From: Pseudomonadota bacterium
GTDB lineage: Bacteria; UBA10199; 2-02-FULL-44-16; JAAZCA01
Direction of reading: 5' to 3'
Length of the DNA: 27,230 bases
NCBI GenBank assembly: GCA_043822785.1
Contig: JBDRBN010000032.1
Coordinates: 1-27,230 of the forward strand
The notes below the pieces were generated by a model that saw only the letters and a list, made by a program, of their open reading frames with translations, ran no database searches and was not told where the DNA came from. Within the stretch, counting starts at the first letter, position 1; every line of letters starts with the position of its first letter. The translations under genes were made by a program, and so were the position numbers. This document shows, in pieces, positions 15,404 through 24,690 of the stretch.

Positions 15404-17017
15404 TCACTGTACTTTTACAATTTTCCTCAGAGACTTGATCGCATCAAAGAGCAGGGTGATTGCTAGTACAAAGAGCGCCGTTGCTATTGTAGCCAGCACA
15501 TAATCCCCTTCCATAATGTTCTTTTGCACAAGAACGCCAAGTGCTGAAAGCGTTATCACAAACATGATGCACATGGGTATGAGCAAGAATTTCACCTTCT
15601 TGCCCTTGTGTTTAAGCCAAAGCGCAACAGCCAAGAATGCAAGCGCAGCGAGCAGCTGGTTTGCCGATCCAAAGATGGGCCATATGGCTTTCCAATGCCC
15701 TGAGAATGCAAGAGCAGCCGCAGCTGCAACAGTTACAAACGTTCCTATGAAGCGGCTGCGGTTTAGTATGTTTGGTTTTTCTCCCTTGTTTGGCGCAAAG
15801 AACTCCTGAAATGCATAGCGACACAGCCTTGTTGCCGTATCCAAAGTCGTAAGAACAAACGCCGATACAGCCAGAGCTGCAAAGTTTGTTCCGTGCATTT
15901 GATTAATGCCAAGTGAGCTTATAAGCGTGCCCATTCCATTTGAGAAAAGTGCAACAGGCGCTTCTTTAGCCAGAGCAACAGAATACTGGGACTTAGTGAT
16001 AATTATTACCGAGATGAGAGCAAGAGTGGCCAGAACGCATTCCACGAGCATTGCACCATAGCCTATAGGCCTGGCGTGAGCTTCTTTATCGAGCTGTTTT
16101 GCAGTGGTGCCAGATGCAACAACTGAGTGATAGCCGGATATGGCGCCGCACGCGACGGTAACGAACAGTATGGGAAAGAGCGATCCTAACTTAGGATCGT
16201 ACCAGGTGATGAACATGGGAAAGTTGGCCTCTGGCCGGGCAACGAACACGCCTACGATTGCTATGATGAGCAGCGAGTAGAGCAAAAAAGAATTTAGATA
16301 ATCGCGCGGCTGCAGCAAAATCCATACTGGTGTTACAGATGCAGTGATGATGTAGGCGATAAGAATGATGAGCCAGGTATCGGCTGAAAGTTCAATAGGC
16401 CAAAGCCAGCCTATAAACATACACGCTGCGAGTATTATTACTGCAATAAGCGATGCCCATCCCAGAGGAAGGCAAAGCCGATACACAGAGAGGCCAAAGA
16501 ACACAGCTAGAAATACAAACAGGGAAGAGGCAGTTGCTGCGGACGGAACAGTCTCGAATGTCTTTGCAACTATGACGAGATATACTGCGATGAGCAGCAC
16601 GAGCGTTGCCCAAAGAAAAAATAGAAACAGCCTACCGCCAAGCCGCCCCACCTGTTCGCTTATCACCTCGCCTATGGATCTGCCCCTATGATGTAAGGAT
16701 GCGATAAGGGCTGCAAAATCGTGCACTGACCCCAAAAAGATGCCACCAAGTATGATCCAAAGAATTACAGGGCCCCACCCATATGCTGCTGCTATGACCG
16801 GACCAACTATGGGAGCAGCGCCTGCTATTGAGGCAAAGTGGTGGCCAAAGAGGATAGGGAGTTTAGCCGGGCAGTAGTCCACCCCATCCTTCATCACATG
16901 CGCTGGCGTGGGACGGTTAGGCTCCATGCCCAGCCATGTGGCGATCTTTGGGCTATAGAAGCGGTAAGCGAGCGCAAACAATATGATGCTTACTACAAGC
17001 AGTGCAATGATAAGCAT
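15404..17017 (-). CDS. cstA: Carbon starvation protein A family transporter
   Basis: TPAH..DGVDY, FGHHFASIAGAAPIVGP, ACGAISGYH, LTTLDTATR and WPIFGSANQLLA motifs; many TM helices. Confidence 0.95.
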   Translation of the reverse strand: MLIIALLVVSIILFALAYRFYSPKIATWLGMEPNRPTPAHVMKDGVDYCPAKLPILFGHHFASIAGAAPIVGPVIAAAYGWGPVILWIILGGIFLGSVHDFAALIASLHHRGRSIGEVISEQVGRLGGRLFLFFLWATLVLLIAVYLVIVAKTFETVPSAATASSLFVFLAVFFGLSVYRLCLPLGWASLIAVIILAACMFIGWLWPIELSADTWLIILIAYIITASVTPVWILLQPRDYLNSFLLYSLLIIAIVGVFVARPEANFPMFITWYDPKLGSLFPILFVTVACGAISGYHSVVASGTTAKQLDKEAHARPIGYGAMLVECVLATLALISVIIITKSQYSVALAKEAPVALFSNGMGTLISSLGINQMHGTNFAALAVSAFVLTTLDTATRLCRYAFQEFFAPNKGEKPNILNRSRFIGTFVTVAAAAALAFSGHWKAIWPIFGSANQLLAALAFLAVALWLKHKGKKVKFLLIPMCIMFVITLSALGVLVQKNIMEGDYVLATIATALFVLAITLLFDAIKSLRKIVKVQ

Positions 17018-17042
17018 ATTCTTCTAATAAACTCGAGCAAGA

Positions 17043-17522
17043 CTACTCTTTTACGTTTATGATATCCTTACCCTCTGATATCGCGCGTACGGTATCATAT
17101 GGGAAGGCTTCGAAGATGATCTTGCCACTCTGTGAAGAGAGCTTGTAGAACGCAACGCCTGTTGCAAACTGATATCTCAGGTTAAGCGCCTCATTGAGCG
17201 CAGACGTATTCACAGCGACCCAGTGAAAGTTGGCTTCGTTGCTCTTTGTGTTATATACCTTACACCACACATAGGCATAATCGCCTGCAACGATGTATTT
17301 GCCGCCATCAGGATGCCAGTATGCCACATCGTTTTTGCCAAGCCTTTTTAGCTTTATGGCCTTGCTGTATGGGCTTATCACCTGAACCGAGCCCGGATCA
17401 TCGCTTACGATTTGATGCAGCTTTGCATCCTTGCCTTGTAGTTCAGCATGTTTTGCGACAGCAGCTGATGCAAAAAATACCGTGGCCATGATTGCTACCA
17501 ATAATGCAACTATCGTTTTCAT
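17043..17522 (-). CDS. Secreted hypothetical protein
   Basis: Sec-type signal MKTIVALLVAIMATVFFASAAVA preceded by an AGGGGG RBS; no family recognised. Confidence 0.7.
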   Translation of the reverse strand: MKTIVALLVAIMATVFFASAAVAKHAELQGKDAKLHQIVSDDPGSVQVISPYSKAIKLKRLGKNDVAYWHPDGGKYIVAGDYAYVWCKVYNTKSNEANFHWVAVNTSALNEALNLRYQFATGVAFYKLSSQSGKIIFEAFPYDTVRAISEGKDIINVKE

Positions 17523-17561
17523 GATTCCCCCTTTGTTGATTGGCAACGTATACGCCATCCT

Positions 17562-18350
17562 TTAAATAATGCCAAGCCCAAGCGCAAAGGCTAATACAAA
17601 GAGCATAACACCAATGATTATCTGCATCGAGTGCATGGTGACTTTTTTAAGAAGCCTGGATCCTATAAATGAGCCTATGAAGGCAGCGATCGTTCCTGCG
17701 ACAATAAGACCAACTGAGTTTTTCATAGCCAACAGAGTCAAATCCTTGGATACGAATGTTACGCCATACACAGCGATGCGAAAGATATCTACAATTACGG
17801 CTGATAGCACCACAGTGCCTATGAACGCCTCCTTGGTAAGCCCCAAGCGTATAAGGAACATGGTTCGCAAAGCACCTTGATGGCCAGAGAGCCCTCCAAA
17901 GAACCCTGAAAGAATTCCTCCAATCGGTATGTATTTTGGATTTAGTGAAAAGTCCTTAAGCTTGGGCGTAAGTTCAAATAACGCGAATATAAAGATGAGC
18001 AAGGAGATAACGAGCTTAACCACGGTTATGCTACATGTCCTTATGCCAAGTTGATATTCATAAATGGGTTTAATGCCAGACATATAGCCAAGAAGAAGCG
18101 CTCCAAGGACTGCAAACGCTGCAGCAGGCAGAGCAAACTTGGCAACGACCCCTAAGTTAGCTTTTTTACCGATGAGCGCTGTCTTGAAGATGTTGTTTGC
18201 CAGGTGAACCGCGGCAGTTGCTGCTACAGCCAGCTCTACAGGGAAGAAGATGGCAAACACAGGCATGAGAAGCGTTCCCAGGCCAAAGCCGGAAAAGAAC
18301 GTGAGAGCTGCGACCAGAAGCGCTGTTGCACATATAATGATGTAATGCAT
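17562..18350 (-). CDS. TauE/SafE (TSUP) family permease
   Basis: FFSGFGLGTLLMP and GILSGFFGGLSGHQGALR repeats, about 8 TM helices; probable start MHYIII at 18350. Confidence 0.88.
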   Translation of the reverse strand: MHYIIICATALLVAALTFFSGFGLGTLLMPVFAIFFPVELAVAATAAVHLANNIFKTALIGKKANLGVVAKFALPAAAFAVLGALLLGYMSGIKPIYEYQLGIRTCSITVVKLVISLLIFIFALFELTPKLKDFSLNPKYIPIGGILSGFFGGLSGHQGALRTMFLIRLGLTKEAFIGTVVLSAVIVDIFRIAVYGVTFVSKDLTLLAMKNSVGLIVAGTIAAFIGSFIGSRLLKKVTMHSMQIIIGVMLFVLAFALGLGII

Positions 18351-18476
18351 GATCTCTATGTTGGCCAAAATAGTTTTTTGGCATCGATAATTCAAGTAGT
18401 TGCATGAGGCCCTCTAACTGGTTGTCTTTTGGCAAAAAGATGATAAAATTCTTTTAGATAGAAATAGGGGGACACC

Positions 18477-19118
18477 ATGAAGCCTTTTAACAGATATCTC
18501 AAATACATAGTTTTCACCATGGCTGGTATCGTAGCCATCTCTATTGCGATTTTTGCTTATGCCCAGCAATCAGATCTGCCAGAAGGCTGGGAAGAACCAG
18601 CAGCGCCTCTGCCGCCAGGTGCGGTAAAGCTTGAGGAAGTGGGTAAGCCTTCAACTACAACTCCTGCAGCTTCTGTACCTGCGGAGGCAGCACCTGCTGA
18701 AGCTCTTCCTGATGAGATGGGTCCTTCTGAGCCTACACCTTCGGATACCGGTGTATATGATAAACCGCAAAAATACCCTGGTTCACAAATTTCTACAATT
18801 CCTCCTGTTACAGGCCCGCATGCGGGTACGCCAGCAGCCGGCACGTATGGCAGTGCGCCAGCTGCTGCACCTAGTGGCGTAAGTTCAGATCTGCCAGCAG
18901 GTTGGGAAGAGCCAGCAGCGCCTCTGCCGCCGGGTGCGGTAAAGCTTGAGGAAGTGGGTTCAAGACCAGCTGCTCCTGCTGCTGTGCCTGAATCTGCTGC
19001 AGAACCTTCGGCTCCTGCAAAGACAAAGGTTAAGGTTGATGAACGAGAAGAGGTTGGAGCCGATAACGGAGAAGGGGAAGAATCATTCCAAAAACCATCC
19101 AGGTGGGATAATTATTAA
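18477..19118 (+). CDS. Secreted Pro/Ala/Glu-rich low-complexity protein with an internal 25-aa duplication
   Basis: AGGGGGA RBS, signal peptide ending AYA, and SDLPxGWEEPAAPLPPGAVKLEEVG present twice. Confidence 0.8.
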   Translation: MKPFNRYLKYIVFTMAGIVAISIAIFAYAQQSDLPEGWEEPAAPLPPGAVKLEEVGKPSTTTPAASVPAEAAPAEALPDEMGPSEPTPSDTGVYDKPQKYPGSQISTIPPVTGPHAGTPAAGTYGSAPAAAPSGVSSDLPAGWEEPAAPLPPGAVKLEEVGSRPAAPAAVPESAAEPSAPAKTKVKVDEREEVGADNGEGEESFQKPSRWDNY

Positions 19119-19134
19119 GCCAATGCAAAGAGAT

Positions 19135-19165
19135 AAAGGCCTGCTCTTGTGAGCGGGCCTTTTTT
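19135..19165 (+). terminator. Rho-independent terminator
   Basis: AAAGGCCTGCTC-TTGT-GAGCGGGCCTTT followed by a T-tract. Confidence 0.85.
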
Positions 19166-19255
19166 ATGGTGCAAACGGTTGATTTTGACTAGCTTGTAGC
19201 GTAGACACAGCCACTACTGTTTTTCTTTGATAATTAATTTCGCAGTAGGCCTGGC

Positions 19256-19345
19256 GGAGGGGTGGCAGAGTGGTCGATTGCGGCAGTCTTGAAAACTGTT
19301 GACCTTTCACGAGGTCCGGGAGTTCGAATCTCCCCCCCTCCGCCA
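19256..19345 (+). tRNA. tRNA-Ser(TGA)
   Basis: GGAGGGG/CCCCTCC acceptor stem, GCAGT-CT TGA AA-ACTGT anticodon arm, long variable arm GACCT..AGGTC, GTTCGAATC, encoded G-CCA end. Confidence 0.96.
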
Positions 19346-19368
19346 GACCAATTACGAATTACGAACTA

Positions 19369-19388
19369 CCTGCCTGCCGGCAGGCAGG
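19369..19388. repeat. 20-bp perfect palindrome within an (AATTACG)n array
   Basis: CCTGCCTGCCGGCAGGCAGG equals its own reverse complement. Confidence 0.85.
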
Positions 19389-19406
19389 CGAATAACGGAT
19401 TTTATT

Positions 19407-21797
19407 ATGCCCCCATATCGAAGAGACAGAAGTCAGCTGGCCAATAGAAAAAATAAGTCTGCAAAGAAAAAGAACACAAAGGACTTAAAGGCACTGGTGC
19501 GCACTGCGTGGCGCATTACCAAGGTTCTCATAGTCCTTATCATCATAGGGTCAGTCGCTTTGGCCTATCACATGCGCAAGATCGATCGTTTAATTGAAAC
19601 CAAGTTTGATAAACCCAGAAAATGGGATCTGCCTTCGCGCGTGTATTCTGATGCAGAATATCTCTACCCAGGCCTTAACATCAAAGTGCGCAAGATCATC
19701 GCAAAGCTCGATCGCCTAGGTTATCGCAATACAGGGGAAAAGATAGTTGGCCCTGGCGATTATTCGATAAACGAAAACAGGTTGGAATTATATTTGCACA
19801 ACTTCGCATACCCTAACGAAGACTTTCGAGGATTTCCGGTTAAGCTTGAGCTCGACTCTGGCCTCATAAAAAACATAACCCGCACGGACGAGGATAAGCC
19901 CATTGAGCTCATCAGGTTGGAGCCTGAGGAAGTGGCATCCATCTACACCGATAAGATGGAGAGCCGCACGCTTGTAACTTTGAAGGAAGTGCCAGAGCAT
20001 CTTGTTCAGTCAATCATCCTCATTGAGGATGAGCGCTTCTTTGAGCATGGCGGCGTGGATCCTATGGGAATCTTGCGCGCTATGCTCGTAAACCTAAAAT
20101 CCATGCGCATAGTGCAGGGCGGTTCAACACTTACGCAACAGCTGGTGAAAAACTTTTTTCTCTATCCTAAGCGGTCGTTCATCCGAAAGCTAAATGAAGC
20201 GCTCATTGCATCCAGAATAGAAAAACATCACACAAAATCAGAGATACTCGAGGCATATCTCAATGAGATATACTTAGGGCAGAGGGGCACAACATCGGTT
20301 TCAGGCGTAGAAGAGGCCAGTCGCCTATATTTTGGAAAAAGCGCTTCCCAGCTTACAACAGGCGAATGTGCGCTTTTGGCAGGCATGATCAAATCCCCAA
20401 ACCTTTACAATCCCATCACCCATCCTAAAAAGGCAAAGGAGCGCAGGGATTTTGTGCTGAAGAGGATGCTCGAGCAAGGATTCTTTACAAAGGAGCAATA
20501 CGAGAAGGCGCTTGCTGAGAAAATAGTTACGCCAAAGGTGAAGACGCGCATATTCATCGCGCCCTATTTTATCGACTTTGTCAAACGGCAGCTCGCTGAT
20601 CTATATCCACCAGAAGTGCTTCAGACTGAGGGGCTAAGGATTTTTACCACGCTGGATATGTTCATGCAGCTTGCCGCAGAGCGAGCTCTTGAGGAAGAGC
20701 TAATAAACATCGAAAAGGATAACGCGCACGTACTTCCCAAAGATCATGAGGAGCCGCTGGAAGCTTGCCTTGTAGCTGTTCAACCATCAACGGGCTATGT
20801 AAGGGCCTTGGTGGGCGGCCGCGATTATTCGAGAAGTCAGTTTGATCGCTGCACTCAGGCGCTAAGACAGCCTGGCTCTACATTCAAACCGTTTGTATAT
20901 CTGACCGCGCTCGATCCAAGAAGAAGCAAAAAAATGTTCACGCCAGCAACGCTTTTAGAAGATACATCTTTTGAGGTGAAATCAGGCGGCAAGATGTGGA
21001 GGCCGCGTAACTATGACAAAAAAGAACATGGTTATGTAACGCTGCGCGAGGCGCTGGAGAAGAGCTATAACATCGCAACAGCAAAGGTTGCCATAGAGGC
21101 CGGTCTAGACAACGTGGTGGAAACAGCTCGCGAGGCAGGAATTTCGAGCGAGCTAATTGCAGTGCCTTCCGTAGCGCTTGGCGCGTTTGAGGTTAATCCC
21201 ATGGAGATGGCCAGCGCATACACCATCTTTCCAAACGCCGGCATCAGGGCAGAGCCCATATCCATCATCAACGTGATGACAAAAGATGGGCAGGTGCTTG
21301 AGAAGAAGTCCATTCGCATGAAACGTGAGTTTGACGCCGCGCCAGTGTTTCTCACCACGAATATAATGAAGGGCGTAATGGACAATGGCACAGGCGCTGG
21401 TGCACGAGCAAGAGGCTTTACTGCCATAGCTGCTGGCAAAACAGGCACAACCTCTGACTACAAGGATGCGTGGTTTGTGGGGTTTACGCCTGAGCTTCTT
21501 GCGCTCTCATGGGTAGGCTATGATGACAATGCCACAATGAACATGAGCGGCAGCAGGGCAGCGCTTCCTATCTGGACAACTTTCATGAAAGACGTTGCTC
21601 CAAACGGCCACGGAGATTTCGCTGGCCCGCCCGGTATTATTTTGATAAGGGTTGATCCAATAACCGGAGGGCTGGTCAATACCACTTGCCCTAGCGGAAG
21701 ATACGAAGCCTTCATAGAGGGCAACGAACCACAAAGAACATGCGACGAAATTCGATCAGACATGCCCACGCAAGACCTTACTTCCTATACATTCTAG
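19407..21797 (+). CDS. mrcB: Class A penicillin-binding protein, PBP1b type
   Basis: Basic N-tail, single TM, UB2H-like segment (LDRLGYR...PGDY), transglycosylase EDERFFEHGGVD and QGGSTLTQQLVKN, transpeptidase STFK, SYN and KTGT. The ORF-track start at 19299 lies inside tRNA-Ser. Confidence 0.92.
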   Translation: MPPYRRDRSQLANRKNKSAKKKNTKDLKALVRTAWRITKVLIVLIIIGSVALAYHMRKIDRLIETKFDKPRKWDLPSRVYSDAEYLYPGLNIKVRKIIAKLDRLGYRNTGEKIVGPGDYSINENRLELYLHNFAYPNEDFRGFPVKLELDSGLIKNITRTDEDKPIELIRLEPEEVASIYTDKMESRTLVTLKEVPEHLVQSIILIEDERFFEHGGVDPMGILRAMLVNLKSMRIVQGGSTLTQQLVKNFFLYPKRSFIRKLNEALIASRIEKHHTKSEILEAYLNEIYLGQRGTTSVSGVEEASRLYFGKSASQLTTGECALLAGMIKSPNLYNPITHPKKAKERRDFVLKRMLEQGFFTKEQYEKALAEKIVTPKVKTRIFIAPYFIDFVKRQLADLYPPEVLQTEGLRIFTTLDMFMQLAAERALEEELINIEKDNAHVLPKDHEEPLEACLVAVQPSTGYVRALVGGRDYSRSQFDRCTQALRQPGSTFKPFVYLTALDPRRSKKMFTPATLLEDTSFEVKSGGKMWRPRNYDKKEHGYVTLREALEKSYNIATAKVAIEAGLDNVVETAREAGISSELIAVPSVALGAFEVNPMEMASAYTIFPNAGIRAEPISIINVMTKDGQVLEKKSIRMKREFDAAPVFLTTNIMKGVMDNGTGAGARARGFTAIAAGKTGTTSDYKDAWFVGFTPELLALSWVGYDDNATMNMSGSRAALPIWTTFMKDVAPNGHGDFAGPPGIILIRVDPITGGLVNTTCPSGRYEAFIEGNEPQRTCDEIRSDMPTQDLTSYTF

Positions 21798-22258
21798 CAA
21801 TTTTTATTGCTGTGCTCTGCATAAATTTCTTTGCAGGATGCGCAAAGGAAAAGAAACCTGTGCACAAGAAGCTTCCTACGCGCGAGCGCAAAGAGCCAGA
21901 TGCAATACGCCCATATGAAACATCTAAGGAGGAAGCTTTAACGCCAGCCAGGCAGGCATCTGACCGCCTTGTGGAACAGGGCAAACTTTTTTTAGAGAAA
22001 AACGAGATCGAGCGCGCAGCATCCACTTTTCGCGATGCCATAAACGTAGACACAAAAAATGGCGAGGCTTACTATTTTCTCGCTCTTACACACGTGAAGC
22101 TTAGTGAGCCTGATGTGGCAGAAGGCCTTTTGGATAAGGCCGAGGCACTTCTTAGCCACGATCCAGAGTGGAGTGAGCGCATAGATCAAACCAGGCGCGA
22201 TATGGGTATGGGGCCAAAAAAGGAAGTAACGCCGTCGCCGATAGACGAAGCGTTTTAA
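21740..22258 (+). CDS. TPR-containing lipoprotein (LpoP-like candidate)
   Basis: Lipobox FAGC, linker, then TPR helices (LVEQGK...FRDAINVDTKNGEAYYFLA); overlaps the mrcB 3' end. Start is uncertain. Confidence 0.75.
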   Translation: MRRNSIRHAHARPYFLYILAIFIAVLCINFFAGCAKEKKPVHKKLPTRERKEPDAIRPYETSKEEALTPARQASDRLVEQGKLFLEKNEIERAASTFRDAINVDTKNGEAYYFLALTHVKLSEPDVAEGLLDKAEALLSHDPEWSERIDQTRRDMGMGPKKEVTPSPIDEAF

Positions 22259-22263
22259 AAGAC

Positions 22264-22291
22264 GAAATTAGAAATTGGAAATTAGAAATTG
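22264..22291. repeat. 7-mer array (GAAATTR)4
   Basis: GAAATTA GAAATTG GAAATTA GAAATTG between convergent genes. Confidence 0.8.
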
Positions 22292-22295
22292 GATT

Positions 22296-22784
22296 TTAAC
22301 CCCTATACTTCCTAAACTGGGGAAACCACCTAGGTACAGCTTTCTTGTACTTCAGGTAATCGTTGCCAAGGCTTTGGATGAGCGCAGGTTCTTCAAAGAA
22401 AATCACCCAAAAGTAGATCACCCATGTGAATATAAACGCATATGCTAACATGACTATGCGCATGAGTACGAATGCCTCGCCCCATAGCGTTAGCAAAGCT
22501 CCTAACATAAACGGATTTCGCACATAGAGGTAGGGGCCGGCAATGGTGAAAGAGCCACCAGCATCATAAGGAGCAGGCCGAGAAGTGCCGGGCGTGAGTA
22601 CTATCAGGGCGCAATAGAGAGCTAGCGGAACGCCTATTACACAAATAGCGATCCCCACATATCGCAACCATTCAATGTTAAGAGGTGGAAAGCTGGCATC
22701 AAACTGCAGAGCAAGCCATGGTCCAAATATGAGCGTTGCAATTAAAAAGACGGTGCCCCAAAGAACTGTGCGAAATACAAACAT
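22296..22784 (-). CDS. Isoprenylcysteine carboxylmethyltransferase / PEMT family membrane protein
   Basis: GPYLYVRNPF, EEPAL...G.DY..YKKAVPRW motifs; a GGGGGAGG RBS supports the ATG at 22784. Confidence 0.85.
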   Translation of the reverse strand: MFVFRTVLWGTVFLIATLIFGPWLALQFDASFPPLNIEWLRYVGIAICVIGVPLALYCALIVLTPGTSRPAPYDAGGSFTIAGPYLYVRNPFMLGALLTLWGEAFVLMRIVMLAYAFIFTWVIYFWVIFFEEPALIQSLGNDYLKYKKAVPRWFPQFRKYRG

Positions 22785-22847
22785 TTGACCTCCCCCAATT
22801 TCATCGATGATATTTGTGTGCCTTGGGTCTGTCAATGCTACAAAAAT

Positions 22848-22937
22848 GCGAGAAACGCTAGAAACGCGAGAAAGGCGAGAAAGGCGAGAAAGGCGAGAAA
22901 CGTTGCTGGCGTTTCTCGCGTGTCTCGCATTTCTCGC
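22848..22937. repeat. Inverted 9-mer arrays (GCGAGAAAS)6 / (NTKTCTCGC)3
   Basis: Six forward units (22848-22901, one GCTAGAAAC variant) face three reverse-complement units (22911-22937). Confidence 0.9.
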
Positions 22938-23003
22938 CTTGTTTAATACTCCATCAACTTTGAGCTATTTACAAACTTTAAAACATTACATAAATTGCGG
23001 TTC

Positions 23004-23564
23004 ATGACCATAGTCACCAAAAAAGGCGATAAGAAAAAAACGCAACTGGTGACCGGCGAGGAGGTGAGCAAGGCCTCCATCCAGATCGAGGCGTTTGGCG
23101 CGCTGGACGTGCTGAACTCGTTTCTGGGCCTTGCAAGATCCACGCTCACCCTCATGAAGGGTGAGGGCATGTCTAATCTTGCTAAAGACATAAAAGAGCT
23201 GCAGATGGATCTGTTTAGGTTCGGCACCGAGCTTGGCAGCACCAATCCTGCATCGCGCGAGTGGGTTGAGCTTACCTCAGAGTCGCACGTAAAGTGGATC
23301 GAGGGGAGGATCACTGCGCTTGAGGAAATGGTAAAGCTGCCTTCTGCCTTTGTGATCCCAGGTGCATGCCAGGCCTCGGCCATGGTGGATATGGCCCGCT
23401 CTATTGCACGAAAGGTAGAGCGCTATGTGGTGGCTTTGGCAGAAGAGGGTGCATACGATAATCCCCAGGGGCTCATATATGTAAACCGCCTGTCCGATTA
23501 TCTGTTCCTGCTTGCGCGCGCCATAGAGCACTTTGCCGGCATTTCACCTGATATAAAGGAGTAA
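23004..23564 (+). CDS. pduO: PduO-type cob(I)alamin adenosyltransferase
   Basis: IVTKKGD..T, IEAFGALDVLNSFLG, ARSIARKVER and NRLSDYLFLLAR motifs. Confidence 0.9.
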   Translation: MTIVTKKGDKKKTQLVTGEEVSKASIQIEAFGALDVLNSFLGLARSTLTLMKGEGMSNLAKDIKELQMDLFRFGTELGSTNPASREWVELTSESHVKWIEGRITALEEMVKLPSAFVIPGACQASAMVDMARSIARKVERYVVALAEEGAYDNPQGLIYVNRLSDYLFLLARAIEHFAGISPDIKE

Positions 23565-23567
23565 GCA

Positions 23568-23885
23568 GTGGATGATGCAGTTGTGGCTATGACCACCACC
23601 AACTCCAGCCGCGAGGCCAGGTCTCTTGCAGAGCTTTTGGTTAAAGAAAAGCTTGCGGCTTGTGTTCAGATCATTCCCAAGATCGAATCCATCTATGAAT
23701 GGGAAGGAAGCGTTCACGACGATCAGGAATATCTTCTATTAATTAAAACCCTTGAGCATCGCGTTGGCGACATAAAGAAGATGTTGGAAAAACACCACTC
23801 CTACGAAGTGCCTGAGTTTTTGGTTTTGCCGGTGATCGATGGGATGGATGAATATATGAAGTGGATGAAGGCAAATACAAAATAG
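23568..23885 (+). CDS. cutA: Divalent cation tolerance protein CutA
   Basis: LAACVQI, SIYEWEG, LLIKT and HSYEVPE motifs; GTG start with an AAGGAG RBS. Confidence 0.95.
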   Translation: MDDAVVAMTTTNSSREARSLAELLVKEKLAACVQIIPKIESIYEWEGSVHDDQEYLLLIKTLEHRVGDIKKMLEKHHSYEVPEFLVLPVIDGMDEYMKWMKANTK

Positions 23886-23920
23886 CGAGACCGGCGAGAA
23901 AGGCGAGACAAGCGAGAAAA
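23885..23920. repeat. 9-mer array after cutA
   Basis: GCGAGACCG GCGAGAAAG GCGAGACAA GCGAGAAAA. Confidence 0.8.
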
Positions 23921-23944
23921 GTTAAAGCGTTGCTTGCTGATTTG

Positions 23945-24670
23945 TTACCCTGCTCCTAGAATTTTTCCTACCTTTGGTCCTTCTCTATTTCCAGATGAAA
24001 AAAATAAACGCCGGGCTGTTTCCATAGCGCGCTTTTCTGCATCATATGATTCGCGCAAAATTGCAGCGCGTGTGGCAAGGTTGTGATACTTGTGACAAGG
24101 AAGCTTCTTTTCCTTTTTCATTTTGCCTATGTGCTCAAGAAATTCGACCATGGGCTCAACAGAATAGCCCAGAAGAAACATAGCTCTTCCTGCAAACCCA
24201 TCTGCATCGCCTTCTTCATCGCGCCTAAGCTCATGCAGTTCATTCCAATTGAGGTGCGACCAGTTGATGTTCTTTGGCAGGTCACTCATCATATGACCCC
24301 ACTCGTGCGAGATGATTCCTGCTACTAGCTCCTCGTCATTGCCAAACTGTTCTAAAAAATCCACACCTACATAGAGGTTATCGTCTTCATCAACAGATGC
24401 GATGGTTCCGCGCGCCGGAAAGAACTTGCCGCCTTTTTTGCGCGAAAAGATAGAAAGCCTCTTGCGCAAACGCTCGAGCAAACCACCTGGTGCAAAAAAC
24501 TTTGCAATCTCAGGAGCAAGCGTGTCAGCATCCACAAGCTGGGGGATGGGCTCGCCCAAGAGCTTTTTGATCTCGTCGGCATTGCCCATGGCCCCGCCGC
24601 GCGATACAGCGCGGCTGATCCATGCTGGCGGCAGCTGGGCGAGCTGGGTATTTATTTTCTCGATAACCAT
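23945..24670 (-). CDS. Putative zinc metallopeptidase (M48-like, HExxH)
   Basis: ELVAGIISHEWGH followed by EGDADGFAGRAMFLLGY and H...ATR, matching the M48 pattern (HExxH...ExxAD...H); no signal peptide seen. Confidence 0.72.
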   Translation of the reverse strand: MVIEKINTQLAQLPPAWISRAVSRGGAMGNADEIKKLLGEPIPQLVDADTLAPEIAKFFAPGGLLERLRKRLSIFSRKKGGKFFPARGTIASVDEDDNLYVGVDFLEQFGNDEELVAGIISHEWGHMMSDLPKNINWSHLNWNELHELRRDEEGDADGFAGRAMFLLGYSVEPMVEFLEHIGKMKKEKKLPCHKYHNLATRAAILRESYDAEKRAMETARRLFFSSGNREGPKVGKILGAG

Positions 24671-24690
24671 ATGTTTTTATTTGATCTTAC

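Noticed and set aside
19262..19447. ORF 19262-19447 and the N-terminal extension of PBP1b from 19299
   Set aside because: Both read through tRNA-Ser and the palindrome; the ATG at 19407 is the plausible start.
22848..22937. CRISPR array
   Set aside because: Contiguous 9-nt units without unique spacers and no cas genes; the same applies to the other arrays.
22807..23007. 66-aa ORF with RERRERRERRE
   Set aside because: It is simply the translation of the 9-mer repeat array.
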